From Felis catus (lineage: Eukaryota): a stretch of DNA of 64,000 nucleotides. The stretch spans positions 40,734,001-40,798,000 of the forward strand of contig NC_058383.1 of NCBI RefSeq assembly GCF_018350175.1. The letters run 5' to 3'. Both the position numbers and the translations under genes were made by a program. Of the stretch, positions 31,439 through 42,840 are shown in pieces (within the stretch, counting starts at the first letter, position 1; each line of letters starts with the position of its first letter). A model generated the notes under the pieces. It did not search any database, was not told the DNA's origin, and saw only the letters and a program-made list of their open reading frames with translations.

Positions 31439-34400
31439 GCCTCCTCTGAACCCCGTCTGCGATACAAGAAACTGTGGGGCTCAGACAACGAAACACCGGA
31501 ACCCACAGAAACTCGTGGCAAGCACAGGACCGTAGAGACCCAGAGGTGGTGCCCACGCCCAGCCCCACACGCCAGACGACAAGCATCAGCGCCTCACACA
31601 GCCAAGTGTGAGTTCTCGGGCCGACGGAAGCGCAAGCAGCCGGGCCAGTGCTGACCCAGCCTGTGCTCATGGAACAAGCAAGGGACGTCCGGACAGGAAG
31701 TCCACGCGTCCACTAAGAAAACACAGAGCCACGTGCAGGCATGGGATTGAGGACCTCAACACCCTAAGGAAGCTTATGTGTCCACACAGGCAACCTGGGG
31801 AGACACAGGCTTCTCCCACTGCACCCTCTGTGTAGTTGACATGTGATCCAAAAAGAACGTAAGAGCCCTCACCCATTTGGTACTGTGGCCCCCAAAGCCA
31901 ATGACGCCCTTGAGCTTGAGGATCGGATCCGGAAGAAAGCTCTGAAAGAAACAAAGTCCCGGTGAGACCCCAGGAGGCGAGGCCCCATCCACTGGGACTG
32001 CACCAGCCAGGGCTAGTCCCTCCCTCCCGAGAAAGTGCCATCGTCCTCGTGGCTGCCAGCTGCACTGTGGCAGGGAGCCAGGATGTGGCCACAGTGCGGA
32101 TCCTCCAGGGACTCTAGCTCCTGCCCCTGCCTGGAGTCCAAGGCCCCTGAAGATCACTTGGTGCCTCCTTACTCTTGGTTCAAAGACAGTCTCGCCCAAA
32201 GTCATCTCGGGCCTGCTCTGCTTTCTGCCAGGAGGCTGGAAGACAAGCGGTTATCAGAAGCCCAGCAGCCCCTGTCCATACCTCATCAAGGCCCCACTCC
32301 CTCAAGGCCTCACCCCCACTCAAGGTCCCTACCTTCCTTGGAAAAGGCACTGACCTGGCGCGGAGCCACATCCTCCAGGGCCACGGGCACCACGGCTGAC
32401 TCTGGGGCAGCCGTGCGAACACCGTTGCCGGCTGTGTGCTTGTCAGTGACCTCCGCCCTGGCCGAGGGCTCCTGGCTACGGTCACGGGGGCCATTCATAC
32501 TGGGGACCTCCGAGTGCTCACAGAACAAGCTGACCTCTGGAAGGGGCCTGGGCACAGGCCGGGCCTGGCGAGACCGCAGAGGTACAAGTGCCTGTCGGCA
32601 CCCTAGGGCCACCACCCTCCAGCCCCATCCCCGAGGGCGCAGGAGCACTCACGGCCGTGGGGCCAAACATCTGGACCGCGGGGGACACGCCGTCCGGGAA
32701 AGGATTACTGAAAGCCACTGGGGGAGGGACGAGCTCGCGCACGCGCCCCCGGAAAACTGGAAAAGAGCAAATGCGTGTGGAGCAGAGCACGGAGGCCTGG
32801 GGAGAACGTGGGCCCTGGCCTCGCCACTCCTCCGGCCGCAGCCCACCCTTCCACCCTGGGCCCCCGGCGAGGTCTGAGACCAGCAGGCACCCCACACAAC
32901 CTCCCGCACGGTTCCGGCACCCCAGGACGGCCTCCAGACTAGGCCCGGCCCCCGCGGGCCCCATCCCGCCAGGCTCACCACCCCCACACGGTGCCAACAC
33001 CCGCTCCCGCCACGCTCCACGTCCCTGCTGACCCCACAGGCCCACCTGCCTCAGGAGGGGAGCGGCTCTTCCGAGCCGGCTCGGAAGATGCTCTTGAGCC
33101 GACACTTGGAAACCTTAACGGGGTGGAGGGAGAGTCAGCGTCCAGACTGCCCTGCCCTCCCTTCGGCAGCCGCCTCAGGACGGGCAGAGCCGCTCACCGG
33201 ATGTGGACGTAGTGCTCGTGCCAGCTGTCCCCCTTGGGCACCGGGAATGCCATTTCTCGAGGTACAGGAGTGACAGGCAGCTTTGCCCGCCGGGCCTCAG
33301 CAACGGTGACGGCTACGAAAGGCAGAACCGGTTCGAGGAAGCCCACCCGGCTCCCTCTTCCAACACAGGCGAGACTCAACACCGGGGGACGATATGGTGT
33401 CGCCCGGTCCCCAGCCCAGCCACCACTGCCCCTTGCCCCCCACGGGCGCCTCAGGAGTCGGGGGGCTCCAAGATGGCTGCGATGCCAGCCCCTCCTGCTG
33501 AGAACCCCGGGACGGAGGGAGGGGAGGCGCACACGGGCAGCGGGAGGGGACGCTGCGGTAGGAGCGCTGGGTACGGGCTGCGGCGCCTACCGGGCTCAAA
33601 GCACAAATCGCTGGTGTAGAGGCTCTTGACGAGCAGACTGGCGCACAGCCTGACGCTCTTGAGGTGACCATAACGCCGGTTCAGGTAGACCAGGAGGATG
33701 TCCTGCAGATCCAGCTGCAGGCACGTCCAGCGGGCACCAGAGGGGGCAACGCCAGCCAGGTCTGCACATCATGAGCCAAGATCAGTGCCCGTGGTCTCGG
33801 CGGCCAGCCCACGGCGCTCCACTTGGCCGCAACCACGCGTGCCCCCCAGCACCTACCCCTGTGCCTGGGCCTGCCCACCTCCCTCCCCGCTCCCAGGCTG
33901 CCTCTCCCGGACCGCTGAATCCTGTTCACTCCCTGCCTCCACCTCACCTTTCCTAGACGTCCCGGCCTCACAGATGAAGGGAAACTGAAGCCACGTGGCC
34001 GTAGACTTGAACTCCCTGAAGAGGCTGGAGAAGGACACACGGATGACCTGGCTGTCCTGCAGGCAGAGCATGACCATGAGAAGACAAGCGGGGCTGCAGG
34101 AACGCACCCCCCAGCCCCCAGCCCCCACTCCCGAGCTCGGCACCTCAGTGGCTACGTCCAGATGAATGACGAAGTGCTTGGAGGGCAGGGGCCGGAACAG
34201 CACATACAGGTACCGTCCGGTCAGCCCCAAAGACTGGGTGCTGGTTTGGGGGAGCTGAATGTAATTCCCGGCAGACACGGAACCCCGGATGCGATACACC
34301 GTGCACTTGAGAGTCTTATCCTGAAAAGAGACAAAGCAGCACACGCGTGACCCTTGGGTGGTTCTACGAAATGTCTCAGGAGCGAACGGGTCCCTGCTGC

Positions 34401-34875
34401 TGCCACCAAGTCCCTTGTCCACTTACTGTCACAGGAGTCACGTCGCCTTCCTTAGTAGACCGCTTCCACTCGCCCACTTTGAAGTGTCTGAAGACGTTGA
34501 GGAACGGGTGCTGCCACGCTGGGGGGTCACGAAGGTATGAGGACCCCCACGGGCATGAAGGCCTGACCCCAGGTGCCAGACCCCCGCGGGTCCTTGGGGG
34601 AAACCTGTCCCCGGGTGCCAGACCCGCGCGTCCTGGGGACGGGGGACCCGTCCCCAGGTACCAGAGCCCTGCGGGTCCTGGGAGAGGAGAGCGGCATCCC
34701 TCCGTGGGCCTCCAGACCTTCCAGGGAGGGGCCAAAGTCTGGCTCTACGCTCCCCCCACGGTGACGGCGATCACAGCGCGCGGACCCGGCTGGGGCAGCG
34801 CGGGTTCAGTACGCTCCGGTCCCCGAACCCCGGACCCCGAGCCCCGGCCTCCCGCGCGCCGCTACCTTTCGCCAT
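18531..34875 (-). CDS. WDR90: WD repeat-containing protein 90 (centriolar protein, POC16 homolog), about 1827 aa
   Basis: 42 exons: 34875-34866, 34518-34427, 34320-34144, 34056-33948, 33761-33591, 33312-33198, 33113-33046, 32756-32653, 32564-32355, 31941-31873, 31292-31182, 31103-30958, 30888-30831, 30330-30212, 30069-29926, 29841-29711, 29641-29525, 29314-29079, 28854-28715, 28549-28419, 27938-27808, 27445-27284, 27065-26937, 26669-26539, 26459-26419, 26229-26098, 25963-25781, 25431-25334, 24786-24684, 24357-24236, 24072-23913, 23817-23627, 23538-23370, 23248-23137, 22988-22817, 20539-20417, 20264-20090, 19976-19846, 19736-19593, 19517-19398, 19311-19227 and 18742-18531, total 5484 nt with consistent phases. 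N-terminal CFA20/DUF667-like AWQHPFLNVFRHF...LGLTGRYLY, then many WD40 repeats. Boundaries in the low-complexity linker (exons 7-9 and 25-28) are less certain. Confidence 0.93.
20635..20860 (-). mobile_element. Young felid CAN-SINE (SINEC_Fc-like) with TSD
   Basis: tRNA-derived head GGGGCGCCTGGGTGGCG...TCGGTTAAGCGTCCGACTTCAG, (CT)n region and A-rich tail on the minus strand. TSD AAGACGTCATTTTT (20626-20639) and AAGATGTCATTTTT (20861-20874). Confidence 0.93.
20875..20967 (-). mobile_element. Older short CAN-SINE, interrupted by the young SINE
   Basis: Minus strand reads GGGGCGTCTGGGTGGTTCAGTTGGAAGAGCATGTGACCCTTGATCTCAGG...; its tail continues near 20613-20634. Confidence 0.8.
21043..21265 (+). 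mobile_element. CAN-SINE (SINEC_Fc2-like)
   Basis: GGGGCACCTGGCTGGCTCA head, GAGCCTGCTTCAGGTTCTGTG, (CT)n and AAATAAATAAACATT poly-A tail. Confidence 0.9.
21635..21770 (+). mobile_element. Old L1 (L1M) 3'-UTR fragment
   Basis: GGGGAGATGAAATG...GTGGTGCTGGTTGTACAATTCTGTG resembles L1M 3' ends. Confidence 0.6.
22503..22627. repeat. About 24-25 bp G-rich minisatellite, about 5 copies
   Basis: Unit approximately GGGTCCTGGCCTGGGGGGCTGCCT(GT), in WDR90 intron 35. Confidence 0.8.
30761..30860. repeat. 50-bp tandem duplication spanning the WDR90 exon 13 donor
   Basis: CCCCAGCCCCGGCC(T/C)GTTACCG...TGGGGGTCCT at 30761 and at 30811. Confidence 0.85.
31382..31436. repeat. (GC)n-(CA)23 microsatellite
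   Basis: Read directly from the sequence. Confidence 0.95.
34567..34687. repeat. About 42-bp imperfect tandem repeat, 3 copies, in WDR90 intron 1
   Basis: CCCC(A/G)GGT(G/A)CCAGA..C..GCG(G)GTCCT.GG units at 34567, 34609 and 34652. Confidence 0.7.
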
Positions 34876-35180
34876 GGCGTCCCGGCTCGCACTTCCCGCC
34901 TAGACCGCCGCTCACCCTACGCAGGGCACGCAGCGCGCGCTTAGCAACGGCCGCCTGGCAACGGCGCCACTTCCGCCGGCCCGCGGACGGGGCCACGTGA
35001 CCTGCGGCGGGGCGGGGCGCACGAGAGCGCGCGGTGGTGGCCGCGTGACTGCGATCGGCCGGGAGTCCGGTCGCGCGGCCCGGGTCACGGCCGGAGGGTG
35101 CTCCTGGCTCGCTGTCCGCAGCCTCTCGGGCGCCTCGGGCCTCTGCGGCCACTCTCAAGCCGGGGCCCTGCGGGGATGCT
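34760..35180. promoter_or_regulatory. CpG-island promoter of WDR90
   Basis: CpG-dense; RFX-type GCAAC half-sites at 34941-34962, ETS CACTTCCG at 34968, E-box CACGTG at 34994, GC boxes. Confidence 0.8.
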
Positions 35181-35809
35181 CTAGCAAATCTAGCTGTGGG
35201 GACCTGGGAGGGGCCTCTCTGGGGCCCACCTGTATAGCGGGAACACCATGTGTGGTGGGAACGCGCTTGGCAGAATTAATCCGTACCCACCGACGGCCCA
35301 GACTGGGCTCCACCTACTGCCTCCAGCCCTCTAGCGATGCCGTCCACACCGGGGGTACTCCACTCGGTCCCGTGTCAGCCGCAGGCAACCCCACCCACCC
35401 AAGAAGCAAAGCAGTGTTTCACAGGGCAACTCACCTGTGTTCGGTGTCCAGCAGCTCTGGGGGTTTAAGAGACAGGACTAGGCGTCCTGAGACTCGGCCC
35501 CAGCCCCGAGCCACTGGGACTATATCCCAGGGCTAGTTTCGTAACATTTGTGGGTCTGGAGATGGGGTAAAGCACCTGCCAAGGGAAGAGAAAGCCGGGT
35601 GGTGCAGGGTAGGTCCAGTGACATCCAAGGAAGAGGGGCTGGCCCAGGGCCCCGGCACCTCTGTCAGGACCCAGGAGGGCCAGAACTGGGCAGAACCGCA
35701 CTGTGGAGCCAAGGAAAGGTCGGGCTGGACGCGGCACAGGGACAGGAGGACCCTGACCCCACCCCCCACGCACCAAGTAACAGCCACTCAAAAAGGGCAG
35801 TTTCTCGAC

Positions 35810-35815
35810 TTTATT
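35810..35815 (-). terminator. MCRIP2 polyadenylation signal
   Basis: TTTATT about 290 nt beyond the stop. Confidence 0.75.
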
Positions 35816-36105
35816 ATTAGCCTGGAGCTCCTCCCTGCCAGCCCTAGGGGCTGGTCCCTGGGCACAGTGAGCAGGATTGAGGTCAGACAGTTTCAGCCCC
35901 TGGCAGCATGGGACAGCCGGGCCAAGGGGTCAGCAGGTGCAAAAGTCCAAATGCTGGCACTTCAGGTGTGGCCGGCGCCTGGCCGGGCTCAGGGTGGAGC
36001 ATGGTCCGCCTCAGCAGTTCATCAGGGCGCCGCGGTCCTCTCCTGGCAGGGGTCCACCATGAGGCTCATTTGGGCCCTGCAGGGGAGCGGTTCCTTCCAA
36101 GGTGG

Positions 36106-39100
36106 CTAGGAGCAGTTAGTGATTCTGGCCAGGAACTGCTGCGCCCACCACTCGTCCAGGTCAATGGGCACGAAGTCTGCGGGCACAGTAGAAGGCTGGG
36201 CAGTGACGCTGCCTTCCAGGTCGGTCAGTGTCTCTCCCTGTGAGCTGACCACAAGCCCTTCACCCAGGCCCAAATGTAGCAAGCGCTAGGAAAAAGCGGG
36301 TCAAGTTCAAGCGCCCTCCCCAATCCCCTGGGGCTAGAACCCAGCAGGGCCCAGGTCAGGGTCAGAGGGAGTGGGGGGGACTCCCTGAGGGCAGGGGAGG
36401 GCTCACTCTGCAGCCGGGGGTTGGGGGTCTTCTCCACATACTGCACGGGCCTGGGCCCACTCTCGCCAGCTGGGCCACCACCCAGCTGCCGCTCCACTTG
36501 CTGCCACGCTGTGGGGAGAGGGCAGTCGGACTGAGCCAGGGCCCTGGCATCCTGTCTTCCGCCCAGAGCCTGGTGGCCACCCTGGACCCCAGCCCAGAAC
36601 TGCAGCAGGCAGTCCCCTGGACGGTCATGGGACAAATAGAGAGTCGAGGAAGGGCCCGGCCCTCTGGCTACTCTGAGTCAGGTGGCAGTGCGGAAGAGGA
36701 ACAGGGGCCCGAGCCACACCCTCGGGCCTCAACGCTACCTTCAGACACAAATCGGACGTTTTCCTCATGGGCCAGTGTATAGGTCTCTTGGGTCCCCTCA
36801 AGGGATGGAGATGTGACGGGGGGCCGCCGGCCATTCACCCGATTGAACACGAGCCTTGGCCCCGGGCTGTGGAGGGGGGAGGAGCCAGTCAGCAACTGTC
36901 CAGAGCCCAGGTGTTGCCCAGCAAAGCTCCAGGAGCAGGTTCAGGCCACACACCCCCACCCCGGGCCCGGGCCCAGCCCAGGCACTTCCTTGAACTTCAG
37001 GGCGGCTGCAGGGGTGGTCGAGGCCGCTCCCCACAGGCCCAAGCCCCCGGCAGCTCAGTTCACACCTGCGGTCCCCAGCCATGTCCCAGATCCCCAGCAG
37101 GGTTCCCTGCTCAAGGCACACAGGTGCTCTTTGTCCAAGGGTCTCTCGGGCACCCCTGCTGCCACCTGCATCCCGCCTCCCCAGGACGGGCCAGGCCTCC
37201 GGCAGCCCCTGTTCTGACCTAAGCTACTGCCGGGTCACTCTGTCCCAAGCACAATTCTCGGCCGTCTTCTTCCCCCACAAAAGCTTCTCCGTCTCACCAT
37301 TACCCCCAGTGTGGGAGGAAGGACCCAAACAAGAAGGTGGTCTGAGCCCTTCCCTCTTCCTGGCCGCCCCAGGCTCCGTGGGGATGAGCCCTAAGTGATG
37401 GTCTGGCCGAAGACCACTGGGTCGGGAAGGTGTGACTACAACCCCAGCCCAACCCTGCAGGCCCCAGACCAGGCACCGCTGTTGCCCACAGGGGTGGGAA
37501 TGTTGAGTGAAGAGGCGGTCCCCGGGAGCCCGGGGCTCAGCCTCCTGGGTGTGGGATGTCCAGGGAGCCACTGGGTCTGTCCCAGCCAGCAGGGCCCAGG
37601 GCGGTGATGGGCCGCTCCAGCTGGCGGCAGCTGGCCTGGCCCTGAACACACAAAGCCCAGGACGGGGCCGTGGAGGGGGCGGGGCCCGCACCTACAGCAG
37701 GAGGTGGGAGCCGGGAGTCCTGGGCTGCACGTGCCACTCCGCCAGGCACTCGCGGTCCCGCCGGCCTGCTCGCCTTCCTGGGCTCAGGTGCCCCACCGCC
37801 GCTCGGGGGTCCTCCTTGGCTGAGAGGGCCACTAAAATAAAGAGGAGGGTCTTGAGGGGCACCGGTCCCGCCAGCTCTGGGCCGGCAGGGTCTGGTGGCC
37901 CAAGAAAATGTAGAGGGGCGGGGCTCCTCCCAGGCCTGAGCTGCACCAGCCAGGGGGTGTGAAGGTTTGTCCTTGCCTCGGACAGCCCCTCGCCTGCCAC
38001 CCCCGCCCCCACAAAGGCTGCTGGTTCCAGGAAAGTGGAGGCCGGACATCAAAAAGGGAATTGCAGCCATAGTCTGTGAATCACAGGGACCACGGTGGTG
38101 GCCTGACCAAGGCTGCGTAGGGGCCCGAGGGGCAGGCGCCCACCTGCCTGCTGCCTGGAGTCATTTACGTAAGGCCCCTCCACAGGCCTTCTGGTGAAAG
38201 GACACTGGCTCGAGCGTGCACCTGTAGACGAAGGCCACACCGTGCCTGCTCCCAAGGGTGGTGCCCCCAGGCATGCTCCAGTGCCCCTGCTCAGGCCTAC
38301 CTGGGTATCTTGTCACATAGTCTCCTCTCCGACCCCTGAGGTCAACCGCCCACCCGTTTTCCAGCCCAGGGCCCCAGACTCGAGAGGGAAGTGACCCGCC
38401 CAAAGTCACATGCTGCGTATGGGTGGCAGTTTCAGGACTTAACTGCACACCTGTCTGACCTCAAAGCCCACAACTCAGTAAAACCCCCAGGCCGCCTCCC
38501 CCACCTGCTCACATGACCACAGGTGGTCACGCGGCGTCATATTATTTTCTTTCCAAGGACGGATATCGCCTCCACTGATGTTTTCTCTGCCGTCGGTCTC
38601 ACGCTGGGAGCAAGAGCTCCTCAGAGGCACAGACCCACGTGGCCTGTTCACCACCACGGCCAGTGCCCAGACCCACGCCTGGCTGGAACCCCCGCCTGTA
38701 TATTTCGCTGGTCAGACACCTGGCACACCTGTAGGGCACCAGGCGTAGAGGATGCGGCAGCGGCCCAGACACGCCCTCTCTCACCGGCCGGTCAGGGTGA
38801 GGGATGCTGGGGCAGTACAAAGGCACAGCAGAGAAAACAGGAACGCTGCAGCCGTTTGGAGGGGGGGCCCCTGAGAAGGTGCAGGAGAGGGGGTAGGGAG
38901 GACCCACAGGCTGCTTTGGCCTCCTGGCAGGGTCCTTCCAAGGCAACTGGGACTGGGGGCAGGGGCAGCTCCAAAAGAGGGAGTGATTTGGGAAGGGAGT
39001 GGGCCGGCCCAGCGAGCACACAGCGTGCCTCACTACTCCCTACATAAGCGGGACACTGAGGGACATGCTCCCTCAGGCCAGGCTGGTCGGCACCCCCCTG

Positions 39101-40747
39101 GCCCGGCAGGCTGCAGTGTGCCCAACTGGCTAGGGCCAGATGAGGACACAGGTGAGGCCTCCTGGGGGTGTGAAGGGCTCTATGCTGTCTGTCCCGTCTT
39201 CCTCCCTAGCACTTGCCAGCTGTGTCCCGGATGCGCCCTGGGCCAGCGACAACGGGCAGATGGTGGTAAGTTTCTCCAGGTGGAGCGCCTGGGCCACTTG
39301 GGTCCCAGACTGTCTGCCTGGGTGACCAGAGGTGGCTATATGCCTAGGTCTCGTTTATTCCTCTGGGCAGTAGGGGAGCTGTGAGGACCCAAGCTGAAAT
39401 CACAAGGCAATATTATAGCTCAGCCTGGGTCCCAGGAGTCACCCTCCAAGGCCCCGTTCACCTGTCTCCCCACGACACACCTGTGGCTGGCCCAGAACGT
39501 TTTCATCACTAGGATCCAAGTGTCAACCGGACCCCAGCAGAAGGCCCCCCGGGGAAGAGTCTCGGCCCAGAAAGATCCCCACAGGATGCCCCCTCCAGGC
39601 AGGCGCCCGTCACCTGCACCCTCCTCAGCGATGCCACCTTGTTTATCTGCTGCCTGGACACACAGCCCTAGTGCAGGCGGCCTCGGGCCTCTGTGGGCCT
39701 AGAAGAAAGCCCAGGGCCCAGGAAATGCATAGAATAAGTGACACCACAGGCCCAGAGTCGAGACAAAAAAGTAAAAGGCTCAGCTCTGGGAGATGGAGAG
39801 GATCTGACCTTCAGGTCAAGGTCACGTGGAGGCCAAACTGACTGGGACTGCCATTCCTGTGGCCACAGGGGTTGTAGGCTGGCAAAACTGGTGATCATAA
39901 AAAGGCAGAAAACTGCAGCTTCCAGCAAGCCCTGACCATCTGTGGGAGGCCTCCCAGTGCCCAGCCAGGGTGTTGTGGGTGAAGGGTAGAGGAGAGCAGT
40001 GGCCTGGCAGGGCCAGAGGGAACCACGTGCACCCTCTCCCCTAGCCGGTTCCGCAAGGACGGGGCCAGCGCCAGGAGGCCTTCAGGGCCAGCACTCCCGG
40101 GGATATTTTGCTCTTGTCCTCCTGGGCAGCTCGCCTCAAACCTCGGCCTTGCCGCCCAAGGTCGCCCGGGGCATGTGAGTCAGCCGCGTGGAGCTCCTCC
40201 GATCCAGGAGCTGGTCAGCTTCCTCCCCACTCGGGGTCGCCAGGATCCCACAGGGCCAGCGCGGGAGAGGGGTTCATGCACACCCAGCCCAGCCCCTCCG
40301 ACCCAGCCAGGTGCCAGGTGAGGTGGAGGCGCCGAGGTGCGGAAGCCAGAGCTGCCCGCGCGGGCGGGGTCGGATGCCCCGCCCCCGCGCCCTCCCGGGG
40401 CATGTGGCCGGGTCTCCGCAAACCTTCCCCAAGGTCACCCTCTCTGTGCCGCGGCGGCCGGCCCACGCGTCTCACCTCGACAGGGGCCAGGGGCCCGGGG
40501 GCTGCGCCCGCGGGGGCGATGGGGTCGGCGGCGCGGGCTGCCGGCATTTCAGGAGCTCGCCGAGCCTGCTCTCCACCTGCTGCTGCGAGGGACCTGCGGG
40601 CACGGGGCGCGTCAGCCGCCGCCGAGGCTGGGCGGTCACTGCGCGGACCCTCCCCCCGGCGGCCCTGCCCGCCCCCGGCCCCTCGCCCCACGCACCTGTG
40701 CGGCGCTGCGCGACCAGCTTGCTGGGCCCCTTGGTGATGGTGTACAT
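36106..40747 (-). CDS. MCRIP2: MAPK-regulated corepressor-interacting protein 2 (FAM195A), 156 aa
   Basis: Exons 40747-40696, 40593-40476, 36866-36739, 36508-36407 and 36176-36106, total 471 nt. Translation MYTITKGPSKLVAQRRTG, SPGPRLVFNRVNGRR, HEENVRFVSEAWQQV and NFVPIDLDEWWAQQFLARITNCS*. Confidence 0.96.
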
Positions 40748-41110
40748 GGTGCGGACGGGCAGCCAGCCCGCGCGCTCGCCCGGACGCACGCCCTGCCCTG
40801 CCCTCCGCCCGGGCTCGCACTCGGCGGGGGCCCAGGGCGCGGCCCCTTTAACCGGCGGCCGGGCGCGGCGGGGAGGGGGCGGGCCGCTACACGCCCCCGG
40901 CCCTTAAAGGGCCCGCGCGTACCGGTCGGCCTCGGGGCACGCGGCGGAGGTCGGGCCGTTGGGAGGCCGGCCGGGGCCGCAGTAACCAGCGCCCCACCCC
41001 GCATGGCCTAAGGCCAAGGCAGAGGAAGCGTTCTGAGGCCTGGGACGGCCTTCGGCCGCCTGAAGGCCAGGTGAGCCGCGGGGGAGGCGGGGGCGTTGGC
41101 AGGCGCTGGG
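40330..41110. promoter_or_regulatory. CpG-island promoter of MCRIP2
   Basis: CpG-dense around exons 1-2, with GC boxes. Confidence 0.75.
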
Positions 41111-42239
41111 AACCGCTCTGTGTGGACCCTGGAACCAAGGCTTGCCCCCACTCCTGTCGGGGAGCTTCGGCCAAGGTGCCTGCGTGGGCCTGGGCCAGTA
41201 TCAGGGGGCATTCTGGGCCTGTGTCTTGGGACTGCTGGGCCAGAGACCAGAAAAAGTGGGTCTGCCCCCTGGGTTTGGGCAGAGACCCAACGCCCTGGGA
41301 ATCTCCCTTCCACTCCAGGGGACAGGAATACTGGGTGCACTCCATTTCCTGACTCAGCCTCCCATGCCAGGGTCCCCACCCAGGTTCAGGGAGGGGAGGC
41401 CCCTTATAGACTGGGACCAGTGTGAGGGTGATATCCTGGGGAGAGAGAAGGTGGGTGAGGACGCCCGGTTTGCCTGTTTAACTCCAACTGGAAGGGAGCA
41501 GTTACCTCCCACTCCCGCCCTCTTGGAGGCATAGAGGTCCCCCTCCAGAGCTGCCTGGGGACCAGGCCTGCCTGGAATGTAGGGGCCAGGTGGCCTCCCA
41601 CCCGCGGGCTTCCTTCGTTCTAGCTCACAGGCTGCTCCGAGCTCCTCAGGTTGAGGCCGGGGAACCAGGGCACTCTGGAGCCTGTGAGCCTGAGGACCTG
41701 GTGGGCTCAGCATAAGGCTCCCCTCATCCTCCATTTGGTTGAATTCAATCCTTAACATCCCCCCACCCAAGAAAACACTCTGTCCAGAGTTGTCCAGGGG
41801 TCTTGGAATCCACCCCCGAGGCTTGTGTGGCTCCCACGGGGCTCCTACACTGTTCCCACAAGTATTTGAGGAGGCTGAATGCAGCAGGCACCAGGGCCTG
41901 GGGAGTCCAATGGGGCAATGTCTCAGTCCGGGAGCTGCCACCAGAGGGGCAGTGGCCCTGGAGCAAATGCAGCCCCACTTTCCCTACACTTCCCCTTCAG
42001 AGCAGGGCTGAAACAGGCAGAGAGCACAACATGGGGAGTGGGAACTGTGAGGGGTTAGCTCCAGTGGGGGGGGGGGTAGTGACAGCAGGAGGAAGGCACC
42101 TGTAGGGAGCAGGGCTGGTCTCCCCCAGAGATGTCAGCTCAGCCTCGCTGCCCCCAGGACACACCCTAGCTTGGGATGGAGCCTGGGGAGCTGAAGTTTC
42201 TGTCCCCAGACTCACTCCCCTTCCCCTAGACTACACTGT

Positions 42240-42533
42240 CCTTGAAGGCAAGTTGGCTGGGAACCCCCTGCAAGGGGCCGGTAACATGGCCTTTGGTGGA
42301 GAAGCTGGGATGCCATCCCCAAGCTGGAGAGGGGCAGCTAGACAGAGGGGTGGGGCCTCACCCAGCATGCAGAACCGCGGCCACCAGCAGCTGGAACCAT
42401 CTTCCTATAGGGCCTTTGGAGTGAGCAGACACTTTTACCTTGGACTTGGCTTCTAGAAGCATGAGAAACTATTTTACTGTTGTTTTAAGCCACCCAGCTT
42501 GGGGTGATTTGTTACGCTGGCTCCAGGAAGCCA
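42240..42533 (+). mobile_element. MLT1-like (ERVL-MaLR) LTR fragment
   Basis: Typical 3' end ...CTTGGACTT..CTTCTAGAA..ATGAGA...TGTTGTTTTAAGCCACCCAG..TG.GGTGATTTGTTAC. Confidence 0.75.
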
Positions 42534-42840
42534 AGGGAAGGGAAGCAGTGATAAGGAAATAGGAAGTGCAGGGAGGGGGGGCAGGGCTGGGGAGGAAGCG
42601 TGCACCCCCATCGGGGTGGGCAGCAGGGCAGGGGATGTCTTGTTTGCTCATGGCTCTCTGGGCACTGGAGATTCTATCATGTGGATAAACACTCATTTGG
42701 AAAGGTGCCCCGTGCCACAGAAACTTCCACACAGTGGGTGAGAAGCTCAAGAGGGCTGCCTGGGAGCCGAATTCCACCTCAGGACACAAAACCTCAGGAG
42801 GCCCCACGGAGCACAGGCCATGGGGTGGGGCGGCGGGGGA

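Noticed and set aside
41937-41953. CTCF-like motif (similar ones near 11500, 16170 and 35330)
   Set aside because: Imperfect core matches are expected by chance in GC-rich DNA and cannot be supported without ChIP data.
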